Assembly (NCBI RefSeq): GCF_036321535.1
Contig: NC_087447.1
Location: 37,202,001 to 37,266,000 of the forward strand
Length of the DNA stretch: 64,000 nt
Direction of reading: 5' to 3'
DNA from: Camelus dromedarius
Taxonomy: Eukaryota
Part shown: positions 36,421 through 50,660 of the stretch, piece after piece
Layout of the letters: every line of letters begins with the position of its first letter
Position numbering within the stretch: the stretch's first letter is position 1
Notes under the pieces: generated by a model
The model's database searches: none
What the model saw: only the letters and a program-made list of their open reading frames with translations
What the model was told of the DNA's origin: nothing
Translations under genes and position numbers: made by a program

Positions 36421-39009
36421 AGGCCTGGAAGACATCAGGTTGTTTCGGTGACCCAACTCACAACGTTATCTTCTTCCCAGATGCTCTGCTTAGCCTCAGA
36501 GGGACATTTAAAGAGAAATAGAATTCTGGCCACTTTAGAAGAGTGTAGTAAACTGGGGGATTATTAAATGTTCCCAAAGCTGGGGCATCACGGGAGCTCA
36601 GACGGAAAAGCCGAGAGTCTGACACTTGATCTCACCGTGGAGGCAGGTTTCCAGCTCAATTTAGAGGAGAATACAATGTGTGAAGAAGATGTGTGTGGCT
36701 TTGTGAGGTACTGAGGGCCCTGTTGCCTGCGGTATTCCGAAACAGGACAGCCTTTTATCAGAGGACTTGTAGAGGACTGGCTGGTTTGCAATGCATCTCT
36801 GGCCCCTCCAGTTACAAGCTTCTGAGTTTGTGTGATTCAGCATAGCGCAGGCTGCCCTCTCCTCTTCCACGACTGTGTTTCCTAGGGGCATTCTTCCAAC
36901 CCTGGGGAGCAACCTGAGCTGAGGAGCCCTCAGCTGACTGGATCTGGGTGTAGCTGAGAAAGCTGAGCTGTTGCTTGAGCAAAAGAGAAATGCTCCCTGT
37001 GCTGTCTGCCCCTTGCTGTCCCTCTGAAGCCCTCACAGGTCCATGCCTGAAGTTCTGCACTCCCTCCAAAGGGGTCTCCCTCTTGTTTGATGTAGGGGAT
37101 GGTCTAAAGGCTTCTCACCCTCCCTAGATGGGGCAGAATCTTGTATGGAGGGTTCTTAGCAGAATCATTTGCTTCAGGGTCTTGTGAGGACAGAGGCCTG
37201 CATCCCAGGCAGGGGGCAGGATTTCTGGGCTTTCTCCCTTTCTGTGACCCATCTCAGGAGTCAGCAATAAGGCAGGGCTGCTCACTAAGACATTAGAGAG
37301 CTATGGAGACATGCTGAGCTACACCAAAGCCTCACTCAGTCCCCTCCCCTCAACCAGCCCAGCATCACGGTTTAGGGAAGGGCAAGGGGTACAGAAGTGA
37401 GCGCAGGAGACACAGTGTAAATGGCCAGGGTATCTTACCGAGGGCTGCCAGTACAGGCAGGACCTAAGGACTAGGGTCCCAGAAATCACCAGACTGGGAC
37501 ATGCCTCACCATTGTCAGATGCTTCCACAGAAGCCTTGTGCCAGAAGAGACTGGCCAAAATAGTGGAGGCAGGAAAATAGCTGGAGACTAGGAAGCAGGG
37601 GCAGTGTGATGGAAGAGGGCTTAGGCTGAGATGGGAACTGTCAGGCTCAGCCAGAGGTGCTGATTAGAAAGAGTGGAGAATATGAGAAAAATGAAAATGA
37701 GGTTTCAGTCTGAAATCTCAAATACTCTGTTTGCTCTGGTTCTCTCATCCTTTGGAAGGTGAACTCTGAGGCTGGGCGTTTATCCTTCCATTTATTTATT
37801 CAATATTATTTCAGTGGCATGTAGAAGACAGGCCCTATCTGTATTGCGGAATGAAGTCCCTGTCTGCAAAGATCTGAGTGTTTAGAGGTAGCCGTAGTCA
37901 CCAAATCCTAGTGGGTATTTTATGCTCACTTGCACAAAGTCAGAGCTGACTGCCACCTGGGAGCAGGCCCCAGACACCAGCTGGCCACCAGGGGCAGAAC
38001 TGCAGTAACAAGAGAAAGGACTGGTAAAAAACAATGCTGGATCCCTCCTTAGAGGAACCGAGAGACTGGTGAAGCCAACAGAACATGGGACCAAACAGGC
38101 CAGTCCTATACAAATAGCCCCTAGCGAGAAGGCCCAGCTCAGAACCTGAGTTTTGTGGAGGTGCTGATGGGAAGTGCAAGGGAGGCAGCCCAGAAGCTTG
38201 GGGATAACACAGACCACTTTCCAGGTCAGGCCAATGCAGAGGTGACCCAGGAGAGCCAGTGGAATCCTGAACTCAGTGCTGGGGAAGTGACTCACACATG
38301 AGGCCAATAAACAGAGTGAATCAGCACTAAGCCCTGCTGGACTAGATTCTGAAGATGCTTAAGGACTTCCTGCCCTGGTCAGATTTGGTTGGGAGCCCAG
38401 CAGGCCCAGGCCTGCAGGTGGGAGCAGCATCAGCCCCAGCTGTGGGTCCTGCTGGCCTCTTTCTCTCTCGGCTAGGGAACTGGCCACGTATGCTGTCAAC
38501 TGCTGCTTGTAGAGTGATTGAATTCAACTGACATTTACTTTGTGCTTGTCCTCACACGCATACGTAGAGATGAAAGAGACAGGCTCTGCCCTGGAAGAGG
38601 GGCAGCTTGTGACAGGACAGGCCTCCTAAATGGCCAATAGCAATGCAAGAGGTGAGGGTCTGAGATGGGTTTGGGTAAAAAGCTTGGCAGTACCCAGGGA
38701 GGAGAGCACGGATCTGCCTGGAGTAGGCACCCAATCAATACTGACTAAATGAATTAGCAATTTATCATTAGTGATATTATTATCACATTTGTTTATTTAT
38801 TTTTCTTTTGGAGGTGGGATTAAGGAGGGTATCATAAAAAAGGTGAAAATTTGATCCCAGCTTGAATAATAAGTAGGTGAAGAAGACAAGTCCAGGTAGA
38901 GGGAATTCCTCATGCTGAGGGCTTGGAAACAGGGGAGTTGTTAAGGTTACAGGGAGAGGAGGCCAGAGAGGGTGGGTGTAGTCATATTGAACACTGGCTC
39001 TTGAAGATA

Positions 39010-39410
39010 GTAGTAGTCAGTTTTGCTGTGTTACAAACAAGTACAGAATCACAGATCATAACAAAATGAGCATTGATTTCTTGCAGAAGCATTTCTGGTC
39101 ACTGCAATGACTCTGCTTCTGGCTTGGGGACAAGTCCTGATCTGTACCCAGTATTTCACTGTGGGCCCAGGGTAAAGGGTAGAAGTTATGGGGGGGGGGG
39201 TGTTCTCATGGAGGAGGTTGGAAGCTCTCAGAGGAGCAGTTAGAAATACAGGATACTTCTCAAAGCTTGGGCTTAGAACTTAAACACTGTCACTTCTACC
39301 AAAGCAGGTCATGTGGCCATACCCAACATGAATGGGGGGAAAGAGCTCCTTCCCATAGGAGTGGTGAGGGAAGTGAGCTAACAGTTGTTTAAAAACTCTC
39401 TAACGTGCCA
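39010..39410 (-). mobile_element. Old MaLR LTR (MLT1I/J-like)
   Basis: 'tagtcagttttgctgtgttacaaaca', 'cttgggcttagaact...cactgtcacttct', 'ccaaagcaggtcatgtggcca'. Confidence 0.55.
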
Positions 39411-40626
39411 TAGGTACCATCAACTTCTGTTTTGATTCTGGAGAAAATGGGGAGCTGTTGCTGGTTCCTCTTTCTAGGTGGGATAATTCCATTTGAATGG
39501 GAGTGTCCAGGAACCCTTGCCCTAACACAAAGGACTCTTTGTTCATTCCTGGATATAGTTAACATGTTCCACTTTGTTTACATGTTGGAGTTTCTGAGGG
39601 ACAGGGGCTCTCATTCCTTCATCTCTGTAGCCTCAGCACCCAGCACAGCTCCCAGCACAGAGTAAGGGCTCACAATATTTGTTGAATAAATAAACAGCTT
39701 CACCTCCTCAATGTGTGGTTAAAAAGTAATAGGGAATGAACATTTCTCTGCCCCCACTGACAGTTCAAGGTCAGGGTGGGGTGATGAGTGAAGAACAGAT
39801 GTGACCTGCTGGGAGGTGGGAGTGAAACTGCTAAGCAGGGAAACCAACAGCAGCAGGAAGCAGGTGGCCTAAAACCCTGGCTGCTGTGGTCAAGGAGCCA
39901 TTTGATAATGAGAGCCAAGAAGGACTTCTGAATAATGGACTCCTTCCAGGTAATGGTCAATTTGAAAGACACAAATTTCTAACAATAATGGTTAACATAC
40001 ATTGAGTGCCTCCTATGTGCCTGACACAATCTTAATACAATTTATATATTGTTTCACTTAACTGCATCCTCCCTTGCCCCAGTTATTAGTGGAGGACATT
40101 ACTGAAGAGAACAATAGTCTATTTCCGTTGTGTTGGAGTTGCATTTTCATGTGCCGGTTCCATGGCAAACAAGGACAGAAGAGGCTCAAGCAACGTAAAT
40201 ACCACTGAGCAGTGTAAGCACAGCTGATGAAGTCAGTAAAGTGATGAAGGCGGAGAAAGCTTGAGCAATTTCAGATCGAAGACTGAGAAAACACAGCAAA
40301 TAGTTCCAGCTTGCAGACAAAAACACGACCAAGTCAATGGACAACAGAGGACGAGGATAAAAGAATGAAGGGACCAGGAGATTCCCTCTTGGTCACTTTT
40401 GACCCAGAATTCCATCAATGTTCTGGCAAGGAGAGACGCAGGCCCCAGGCACCCCCTGTGGCAGTACATCTGCTCTCTAGACCCTCGAGGACCGAGATGT
40501 CCTTGTTCATGGCTGATGCCCCAGAGCATAGCACTGTGCTTGGCACATGGTACAAGCTCAGTGCTTTCTAGGATCTGAACTCTCCGGACTGTCGTGGGGT
40601 GAAAGAGGCTTAGGAAAATTCACCAG

Positions 40627-41205
40627 TGTAGGGGAGCAAAACTTGCCGCCCCCAAATATCTCTTTAGCATGCAGTTTATTTCGAGCTGAAAATTATCAAG
40701 GCCCAAAAGACTCAAGATAAAACTTTGACCTGCCCAACTAACGGCCTAAATGAATTTAGATAGAGGGAATTTTTCTATTCTCAGAAAAGAGCTATCGCCA
40801 GAGATATCTGCAAAAACTATGGGCTACGTGCAGTGGGGGACATTCAGCAGGCCCCAGAGATCACTGTCCACTCTGTGTCCCATTGTCTCTGCAAGGCCCA
40901 GCAAACATTTACTTGCCAAACATTTGCTTTTCCATCTCCATGAGAATTGCCTTCCTCTCCTCTGAAGCCCCAAACCACTACCCCCAACATCCTCTTTTTG
41001 TCTTTGCCTGAAGATGGTACTGAAGGTAATGAGGGAGGGCTTCGGCAGTTTTAGTGAGTTACTCGATTCTCACGTTTTCTTCCACGTGTACGTGTTATTA
41101 AACTTTTGTTTAATGTTCTCCCATTAATCTGTCTCATGTCAATTTAATTCTTAGACCAGCCAGAAGAACCTAGAAGGGTAGAAGAAAATGTCTTCCACCC
41201 CGACA
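40627..41205 (+). mobile_element. ERV1-class solo LTR (MER34-like)
   Basis: TG...CA termini ('tgtaggggagc'...'ccccgaca'), exact 4-bp TSD CCAG (40623-40626 / 41206-41209), ATTAAA poly(A) signal near 41097. Confidence 0.88.
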
Positions 41206-42589
41206 CCAGCCTCTCCACCAAGTTTCTGTACACAGGTCCTCTTCCTGTCTCCTTCCACTAGACTTCTCAGTGGTAGATGCCCTATCACCCCAAAGAGGCA
41301 TGGGGTTACTACTCTTCCAATACCAGAACATAACCCTTCCTCCAGCCTTGTGCCTGCCCCTCACTTCTGGCCAAAGGCCCTGGCCTCCAGAACACAGCCA
41401 GATGGCAAGAGGCCATTGGGGAAAGGCCTTTTGTGCTCTGGGTAGTGTTAGACTGTGGGGACATACTTTTGAGCCCTGCTGTGAGAACAGCACGAGGAAA
41501 CTCAAAGCTGGTTCTTTGTCCTCTGGCATCTGAAAGGTATGAGCACTCAGTCCATACCTTAGCCACTGGGGACATAGAAGATGGTACACTTAGATCCTCT
41601 TCTCGTTCTGCCAAGTTCACCTTGAATGGAGCCCCCCAGATCTCCCCTCCACCTTAGTCTCCCTTCCTCCTTCTCTCTTATCCCATCTCTGAAGGGTCTG
41701 GGCTTTATCTACTGTGCTCCAGTCTGCAAGTTCTGTTCTGAGTTGCTACTCCTTGAGTCTAACTTGGCAAATTCTATTTATTTATTTTTTTAATGTAGAC
41801 ACAAAAGGGACTTATTAGACCATACCAAGTAGCTCATATTTTAAATGAGGAGGATACAGAGCAAGGAGTCTCAAGTGGAGGGAAGAGAGGGCCAGTACAG
41901 CCCAGACTCTGCCTGGGAATGGTTGGCTTACAACACCACTGCTGGGGCCACTGCCTCAGGACACCTGGGCACTTCTGGACACTTCCACCACGCTGCAGGC
42001 CCTGGACACTCGCTGCTGCAGCTACAAGTGATCTCTGAAGGCAAAGCCCCTCTTCCTTTCCATCTCATAATTTTCAGAGAAGCTTACATGAGACTACAGA
42101 CTTCCAAAATAGGGGTCATCTGGTTAGCAATATTGTGATGTATCAAAGTGCCAAGAAAACAGCTCCCTCCCAGATGGGGATGTGGAGAGTAGTAGCAGGC
42201 AGGACTAAAGGGATAAAAAGGGTGGAGTGCTTGGTTCTCCTACTTGCATAAAGCATCTATCGTACAGGAGAGGGCCAACAGCTGAAAGTTTCTTTCTTCC
42301 CTTACAACCTGTGCTGACTGACTTCCTTGGGGGAACGTTGCCCTATGGGTTTTGAGTTTTGACCACACCAATCTATCCTTAGCAGATAAGGTTGGTTGTA
42401 TTAAGCAAGTTGAGGACAGCCTTGCCTTTAAATTGCCCTTGCTCCTTGGAGCTGAATGTTAGAAAATATTGTGGAGGAGGATATCAGGCAGTATCAAAGA
42501 GAGGAAGATGGAAATTGCTCCATGATTGCTGCGATATTGAAGCTGTGGTGATGGAAAGTCAGCACCTCAGTCAATCCCACCAATGCCCT

Positions 42590-43010
42590 TCATTCTTTCA
42601 ACCATTCATTCACTACGTATTTTCGAGTATCTACTATGTGCAAGATACTCTGAAAAGTCCATAAAATAGAAATCAGATATATGGCCCTCTAGTGGAGGAG
42701 TCAAGGGGATAAATCAGCAGTGACTGAGACGTACTACGGCAGAGGCAGGGCCAGAGAATTAGGCGTGCACAAAGCCAAGGCTGCGGGATTTGGGACAGCC
42801 TTCAAGAAGAGGTGCCATTGAGCCCAGTTTAAGAACAAATGTGCCCATGCAATAGTCTGACAAGATTGTGAATCACATTCTGAGAAGGAAGAGCATCTAG
42901 AGAGGCATAGAGGAATGAAAGTGTCACACGTGGGGAACTCTAAGTATTTCTCTTTGGCCTGAGCACATGCATGGTCTCCAGACGGAGGCATAAGAGGGAG
43001 CAAGACTTGA
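42590..43010 (-). mobile_element. L2 LINE remnant
   Basis: 'cattcattcac...tattttcgagtatctactatgtgcaag' terminus followed by purine-rich L2-like body. Confidence 0.55.
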
Positions 43011-45609
43011 CAGAAAGAGGCACAGTGGCCCCACAATTTGGGCCAATCAGGTGCCACTTACGACTTTCGGTCAGTTCATTTATATAATTGGACTAGAGTT
43101 CCCACCCCCTGGCCCCTGCTACCCTAATTCCTAGGGCTTAGCTGTAGAATTATAAATGGGAACAGGAAGGGGACTTAAAGGTCATCCAATCCTGAGATTT
43201 TCAAACTGTGTTCTCAGAGCTTCTCGCTGGACTTGGGGGTCTGCAGTCCTCAGGAAGGAGGCCTCAAGGTTATCCAAATAGACAGAGATCCCCACTTGGA
43301 GCTTCAGGTAGAGTGGCAGTGCATTGCTTTGAGTATTGGGTTTCCAGGTATGAATGGAGGGGGAAATGGTGAGGTTCTGCTGCTAAAAGTTGAAGTCTGA
43401 AAGTCACTGGACGAGTCCAACCCTCCCACTTTGTAGATGAGGAAAACTGAGAGGCAGGAAGGGCAAGAAAATGATTTGTGGGGACGCAATGAGGCAGGCA
43501 CTGGGCTTTGAGAAGAGAAGGGTTTCACAGTACTGAAGCCACAGTCTCTCCATCCTAGTCAGACTCCTCCCAACAGATCTTCCACAACACTTAAAAGACA
43601 AAAGATCAAAGTGGGAAAACAAATGCTAATGCCCCCAACCCTGCTGCCCACCTGCTGGGCCCAAGCGGTTCAAAGCTTGCAGACCCGGGAGAAGAAGGCC
43701 AGCAACCCCACTCCCCCTCACGCAGGCTCCCTGCTGCTCTCTGACCCCCCACCTCAGGCCCTCCACCCACGTGGCTTTCCAGAGCCACTCAGGTCCCCTG
43801 ACATGCTTGGACCAAAGAGGCTCCCAGAGGGCTGTGTCTGGAATCATCCCCTTACTATGGGGACTATGTGTGTGCCCGGGGTTAACTGCGGTGGATCACT
43901 CTCCCATCTGTTTAGAATGTGTTTACAAGGTGTAGGCAGAGAAAAGGACTGGGAGGTCCATACACTTCAAACTGCTGAAGAATTGTGTTAAAGTGTTCTG
44001 TGTGTTTTTAGGCAATGCCGCTCCAGTTTTCTGGGTCTCAGCTTTCCACTTTTAGAAATGAGCAGCTGGAGGAGTTATTTCCAAGGTCCTTATCGGCTGA
44101 CGAATGCAGCCCAGGCTTGTTCTTTTCTATTCTCTTAAAGCATTCGTTGAGGAGAGTTTTCCCATGAGGAAAGCTCTTCAGAGAGGGAACTATGTCAGGT
44201 ATGTGTTCCCCGTGGTTATCTTTAGGACCCTTTGGAGCACAAAAAATTGTAAAAGAAGGAAAGGGGAAGAGGAAGGGTCATGCCAAGTCTGCAGCCGGAA
44301 TCCCTGCTTTGTTCGAAGAGTGAAAGGGACTGCTGTGCGGGGAGCTGGGCTCTAAGCACCTTAGGGAAGCCCCGGAGCCCCGGAGTCCCGGAGATGGCTT
44401 GAGCTGCTCAGGGTTCCAGTTGACCCCGTCCAGCCCCTGGTAACTGACTCTACTGAACTAGGGTGAAGTCAGAGTAGGGATGCCTCGGCCAAAATTAAGC
44501 AGCAAAAATTACAAAGGGAAAATGAGTGAGAGGTCATCACCTATGTGCCTTGTGCTCTTTATAATACCTGCTTTGGATATTTTCTTTTAGTGCTCATAAA
44601 AAAATGCAGCTAACTCACTTTTATACTGTTATTTTAAAGAGCTTCCTCCAGGCAGGGCTGATGTGCATTGGGTCCACGCAGATAGTGCCAAATGGATTGT
44701 TTACACTGATTTTCTGATCTGATCAGTCAGTCCTGTGCCATACTGGTTTGTTACTTATTTTTAATGTCCCCCAAACCTCCAGAACTTCTTAGTTGGGGTA
44801 TTGGAGCAGGGGAGTAGCAGAGAGACAAAAACCCTCAGGAAGATTTTTCTGATTACACCAAAACTGATCAAGCACATACTATGTGTCAGATCTTTAGACG
44901 CATTGCCTGCAGTCCCCAAACATCAAGTCTTCTACAGTGTGGTGCTGTTGGTGAGGCACTAGGATTCCCCATTATTGTCAAATCCTGTAAGGGGCTCAGT
45001 GAGAAAACAGGCTACGGAACAAACCCGGAGCAGATCCTAGAGTTCCTTATGCAGTATTGATGCTCCTCCCCTTTGCCTCCTGGGTGGAGCCCAACTGGGC
45101 TCTATTCTACCAAATTGTTTGCAATTCCCTGGAAGGGAAGGGAATTACAACAGCAGGGAATAGAATCCTCCTAATCTTTGTCCATCTAGAATTCCCTCCC
45201 TCGCTCATCTTTTGGGAGGGAGTTGCCTTCTCTTTGAAGTTTATGTTTTCAGATCTTTATTTAGAATTGACTTCAGTCTCTTTTTGTGCTTCTGCCTCTA
45301 TTTGTACATTGGCTGTTACAATCTCCATAATACTTTGCTATAGTTATCTATTTAAAATGTCTTCCCCAACCACACTGGATCTCCTCTAAGAAGGGACCAA
45401 ATCTGATTTGTCTTTGCCTCCCTGGTGCCTAAGAGTGCCTGGCACATAATGGGGCTTTATGAATACTTGTGAAATGAAAAACTGACTGACTAAAGAAATA
45501 AAAATTAATGAATAAACAAATCAATTCCTAGTCTCCTGCTCCTGAAGGCATCACTAAGTCATGATTCCTACCTGGTTCCTGGTGGCATTTGTGTTCCAGA
45601 ACCCTGCTG

Positions 45610-46075
45610 TAGGTGATAATTCATTAGAATTGGGATCAGCTGAAGTGTCAGAAAACCCTGAAATAGCAGTGGCTTAATCAGGATAGAAGTTTCTTTTTCA
45701 TGTGAAAGTTTGGAAGAAAAAGGCAGGATTTGTGTGATGATCCATGGTATATTTTTCTCTTACCGGGCATGACCTCCATTGCCAAGGTCATTTTATGGCC
45801 TAGGATGGTTGCTCCAGCTCCACCCATCACATCTGTGTTCCATCCTGCAGAAAGAAAGAAAGGATGATGAGGAACACATTACTTCCCTTTAAGGACACTG
45901 CCAAAGTTGCACACTCCATTTCTAGGTAAGTCTCAATGGTCAGACCTGAGACATGTGACCACACCTCCAAAGAAGGTCAGGAAATGTAGTCCTAAATGAG
46001 TGGCCACCTAAAATGTGGGGGTTGTTATCACTAGAGAAAAATGGAGATTGAAGAACAATGCACAATTTCTGTTGT
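45610..46075 (-). mobile_element. Old MaLR LTR (MLT1J-like)
   Basis: 'aatagcagtggcttaa', 'gatggttgctccagctcca.ccatcacatctg.gttcca', 'gggaaatgtagtc'. Confidence 0.65.
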
Positions 46076-47063
46076 AGGGACCACATAACGTATTTTGTTT
46101 ATTTTTTGTCTTTGTTTTTTGGTAGGAGTGACTGAATCAAATCAGTCATTTAGAAAGATTGATGTGGTGTCTGGAAAGGAGAAGGGATTGCAGTAAGGAA
46201 CTGGAGGCAAAGAGATCAGTAGGACGTGGTTGTACAAGCCCACACAGAGATGAAGAGGACATGAACTGGGACAGCAGTTCTAGTGGGGGAAAGGAGAGGG
46301 ATTTCTGAAGCAGCTTGGTGGTCAAATACTCAATGTCTGGCTGTAAAGTAAGGAGAAAGAAGTCTAGAATTAGCTCCCAATTTCTGACCTGAGTTCTGTG
46401 GAAATAGAGCAGTCATTTACTAATTTGGAGGAGATGCAAGAAGATCTCAGGGAGTGAGCACGGTACTGAGAGCACTGAATTTGATATGGGACTCTTGAAG
46501 GGCATGGCACCTCCCCAGAAGGAAATTCTAGGGGTTATGGGGCCAGTCAGTAGGGGATGGGCATTTAGTCCAATTGGAATGAGTACAGTAGAGCCAGAAA
46601 GCCCCGTTGGGGACAGGAGTTCAGAGCCCTGTCCTCTCCTTGGTACTGTGGCCACCATCCTGCCAGTGGGACCTTATTGTCTTAGGGGCTGTAATTTCAA
46701 ATTCCCTCTAAGTAGAAGGAGCGTATCAGTGTGCACTTGGAGTCCTGCTGCCGCCGGAGAGCGGAGGGGGCTTCCTAAATCCATGGCCAAGTCTCTAGGC
46801 AGCATCCTGACTCTGGAGGGAGGAGCTGGGGTGGCTGGGGAGGGGCAGCCACGTGCCAGCCGGTTGTGCCAAGTGTAGGAGCAGCACGCCTGGGGTTCTG
46901 CCATGTGTTTGTTTATTTGGTTTGGCTGATGTAAAACATACACACACAGACTCACAGCCTCAGGGCCTGTGTGCAGAGCCCACATTCAATCCTTAACTAA
47001 AATCAGAAACAGCACAGGAAAGAAAGGGGAGCCAAAATAGGAGAATGCAACCGGGTAGCAGAG

Positions 47064-47086
47064 TTCATTCATTCATTCATTCATTC
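47064..47086 (+). repeat. (TTCA)n repeat, L2 tail-derived
   Basis: ttcattcattcattcattcattc. Confidence 0.8.
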
Positions 47087-48869
47087 AATAAATGAATGCC
47101 AGACACTGGAAGGCACTGGGGCTATAATAAAACTCAGTCCTCAAGGAACTCAAAGACAGGGGAGGGGAGCAGACACAGAGAAAGGCCATTTCAGCACAAA
47201 ATGAGAGGTACTTGATACAGATCACGGTGCGTCTCTGATCTGGCCATTTCCTGGATTAAAATCTGGGTGGTCCTTCCCTTATATCAACCAGACTCTCATA
47301 GGCCCAACAAGCCCACCCTCAACCCCACCCTGCTCCAAGCAGCTTCAGGATTGCCCTCAGCCTCAGGTCTCCTTCTCCTGAACCCTCGTGACCCCTGTAC
47401 GGCAGCTTCTTCCCTCTGTTCTCCGCCACTTCCCACTTAGCCATGAAGCTGAGTCACCCCCCGGGTGGTCTTCACAGACCATCCTCTGGGTCCTCCTTGC
47501 ATTTCCTTATTGCTGGCACTTCTCAGCTGCTGCATTCATAGTTCACCTGCCCATTTCTCCTGTGGCCCGTGAGCCACTCAAGCAGAGATGGATCTTGTCC
47601 ACATCTCCATCCTGGCAGTTAATCAACGCCTGGCACAGAAACACTCTTAATAAATGCCTGTCCAAAGGGACGGACGTAAGTCAGTGCCACTGTGGATCGC
47701 CTCAACGTGCCACGATTAAAATGCACTTGGGTTCTGGAGTCAAACCTCAAACTTTGTCACCTCTGACTAGCCACATCCCCTCTCCCCTTTATTTATTCCT
47801 AGACTGAAGCCGATCCTATTCCATGAGTGTGATTTATGTGCAAAAGCTTTCTTTCATGTGTGTTTACTTTCCTTTCCTTAATGTACATGGAAAATGTATT
47901 TATTATTTTTGTTATCAGAAGAAAATGGCTCTAATGAGTGAGGGCTCAAATCTCATAGGCAGGAGAAATCCTGACTTCAAATTCTTGAGGCGTGCCCCTC
48001 CTTGTGGGTGTCCCAGAGTGCTGGTTTCCAGGGAACCACCTCCGTTCATCCATGCATTTCCTACAGCTCCGGCTGTGCTGACCTCTCCCACTCTGGCCAT
48101 CTCCTCTGACCACTGCTCTGGGTAAGAAGCAGTGCAAAATCATTAAGAACTCAGACTCTGGAACCAGATGGTGTGGATTTAAATCCCTCCTACCCTGGAC
48201 TGGCTCCTTCTTCTCCTGGGGGGCGCACTCTCCCATTTCTGGCCTGGGGTGGAATGTCACAGCATGGATATGGGATCTGAAAGTACTGCCCTCAGACCAG
48301 GGCAGCAGGGATCCCTGCCCTGACACCCACACTTGAGAGGGCTCCACTCTGGTCCACCTAGGCCACCCCACTGAAGGAGAAGGATTTGATGGGCTGAGGG
48401 GCTGTGTCAACCTAGGGGTCCTCTCCTTGCAGGCTATGGTGTGGGCACCTAGGACTCGACAATTCCCAGCCCAGTTGACTCTGAGTCTGCTTCTAGGCTG
48501 CGAGTGGCCTGTACTCCCTGAGGCAGTACACAATGTGCACACCTGTAGGCCTGAAGGGTGGTCAAGGGGTGGCCGTCCGTGAGGGTTGTTGTCAGAGCCA
48601 GGTTTCCACATGTGGACTTGGGAGGCTGCTCATGGTGTAAGACTGAGACCGGGCATGGGGACAAGAAGGGGCCAGGCCATAGGCTGGGGGCCAGAGGCGG
48701 GCTCTTCCCTACCCAACCAGGCATGGCACAGAATCCTGAGAATTCTAAACTTTTGTGTGGCCTTTCAGGTCTTTAGGAAGGTATATTTGACATGATAGAA
48801 ACATTTTATCATCAGTTTGTTTTCTTGACATGTAACTTTCAAATATCTAGAAAAATGGTATGTGGGACT

Positions 48870-49273
48870 CGTTTTGGGACTGCTTGGGCTATCATAACAG
48901 AATACCACAGATGGGTGGCTTAAACAAAAAAATTTATTTTCTCAAAGTCCTAGAATCTAGACATTCAAGACTGAGGTGTCGGCAGGGCTGATTTCTTCTG
49001 AGGCCTCTCTCCTTGGCGTGCAGACGGCCATCTTCGTGCTATGTCCTCACCTGGTCTTTACTGTGTGTGTGTGTCCTTGGTGTCTTTTTGTGCCCAAATT
49101 TCCTCTTCTTATTAGGACATCAGTAGAATTGGATTGAGGCCCACCCTGATGACCTCATTTAAACTTAATCACCTCTTTAAAGGCTCTGTCTCCAAATACA
49201 GTCACATTGCAAGGTACTGGCAGTGAAGGCTTCCACAAATGAACTTTGGAGGGATATAATTCAGCCCATAACA
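48870..49273 (-). mobile_element. MaLR LTR (MLT1B-like)
   Basis: 'ataccacaga.gggtggcttaaaca', 'tctgaggcctctctccttggc', 'tctccaaatacagtcacatt', end 'attcagcccataaca'. Confidence 0.85.
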
Positions 49274-49298
49274 TCCATTCTCAAGTGTTGCCTCTTTG

Positions 49299-49385
49299 TA
49301 GGGTGATCAACTCGCCCAGTTTTGCCTGGGATTTCCCTGGTTTTAGCACTGGAATTCCCACGTCTCAGGAAGTCCTAGGGAAATG
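49299..49385 (+). mobile_element. MER81-like hAT-Blackjack MITE (partial)
   Basis: 'tagggtgatcaactcgcccagttttgcctggga...ggttttagcactg' matches recalled MER81. Confidence 0.7.
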
Positions 49386-50459
49386 GAATAGAGCCTTTCC
49401 CAACATGTAAGGACTAGAACTAGACAAACCCAATACACATCCAGAGTGCCATATTTCCTACTGAGCTTTGACATCCATTAACTTGCTGGCTTTGACCTTG
49501 TGAGATAGGTGGGGCAGGAAGTAACGGTCCAGCTACACAAAAGGGGAAATAGGCTCAGAAAGGTTTCTCTTTCTCCTGGTTCTTTTATGACCAGGTACTT
49601 CCTAGACCAAGACCATGCAGTCGCAGTCTATCCTTCATTCCACGCCTGCGCAAGAGCCTAGGTGAGAGGTAAGTACCAGGATGTAGCAGTGAGTGAGTCC
49701 TGAAATTGATCTACACTCATGTGAATTAAAGAAATTAAAGAGACAATCACACCTGCACTACTTGGGAGGGGGTGATAGGTGGACCACAGGCTGGGCCTGA
49801 TAGAGCAAATGTCTCTGACTGGAAAACAAGGAGGGTGGGAGGGAAGCAGGGAGAGATGAAGGCTGTGTTTGATGATCTGCTCTGAAAGGCAAGGAGGGAA
49901 GCCACTGATTAGTGGATTTTGTTTGATCTGCTCAAGGATCAAAGGGACAAACACCATGTACAAAGATAAAAGTTGACCTGGAAACCCTGCTGGGATGCCA
50001 GGCTGTCCTGGGCCCATGCGTCATGGAGGGCTCTCCCAGAAACCATAGGCAAGACTGCAAGCCAGACTCTTCCTTAGCTTGACCCTCGACCCCTTCCCTA
50101 CCACTTTCTCTTGCCTCCTGTGTCCTCTCTAAGATAAGGGAGCTCAAAGTTGTAAGAGGGTTCAGAGCCATCACTGCAAGGATTAAGGATTGCTTTTGGG
50201 CTTTGCTGAGCATTGACAAGTAATGAGAAAATGTGTGATGAATGCTATGATTAGGTTGAGCTTGGGGAACTGAAGGTGCTCTACTGAGGAGCCCCTAAAC
50301 CTACCCTGGGGAGCATAGAAGAAGCTGGCCCCACAGATGCCTCAAGGAATAAAGCAAAGTTGAAAGAATTTTCTGCTTTTCTTTTGCGAAGTAGAAGAGG
50401 AGAAGCATATGCAAAAAGCCAAGGAAGTGGCCATGACAGACACCATCGTATACTAGGGA

Positions 50460-50660
50460 CCAGGCAATATTAACTGAACACTAATCTGTGCCAAGACCTC
50501 CATTATCTCACAGAGTCCTAACGGCATCCAATGAAGTAGCCCTGGGATTATACCATTTCATCAGGGAGGAAAATGAGGCTCACAGAGGTGGAGTAACTTA
50601 CCTCAGGACAGCTGACATCTAGGATCAGGATCTGAACCCAGATCTGCCTACTGGAAAACC
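50460..50660 (-). mobile_element. MIR SINE
   Basis: 'gagaaaatgaggctcacagaggtggagtaacttacc...ggatctgaacccagatctg'. Confidence 0.7.

Noticed and set aside
47946..48611. Longest ORF in the track (221 aa, minus strand)
   Set aside because: No recognisable protein motif; GC-rich sequence lowers stop frequency, and part overlaps a MIR-like start near 48130-48200.
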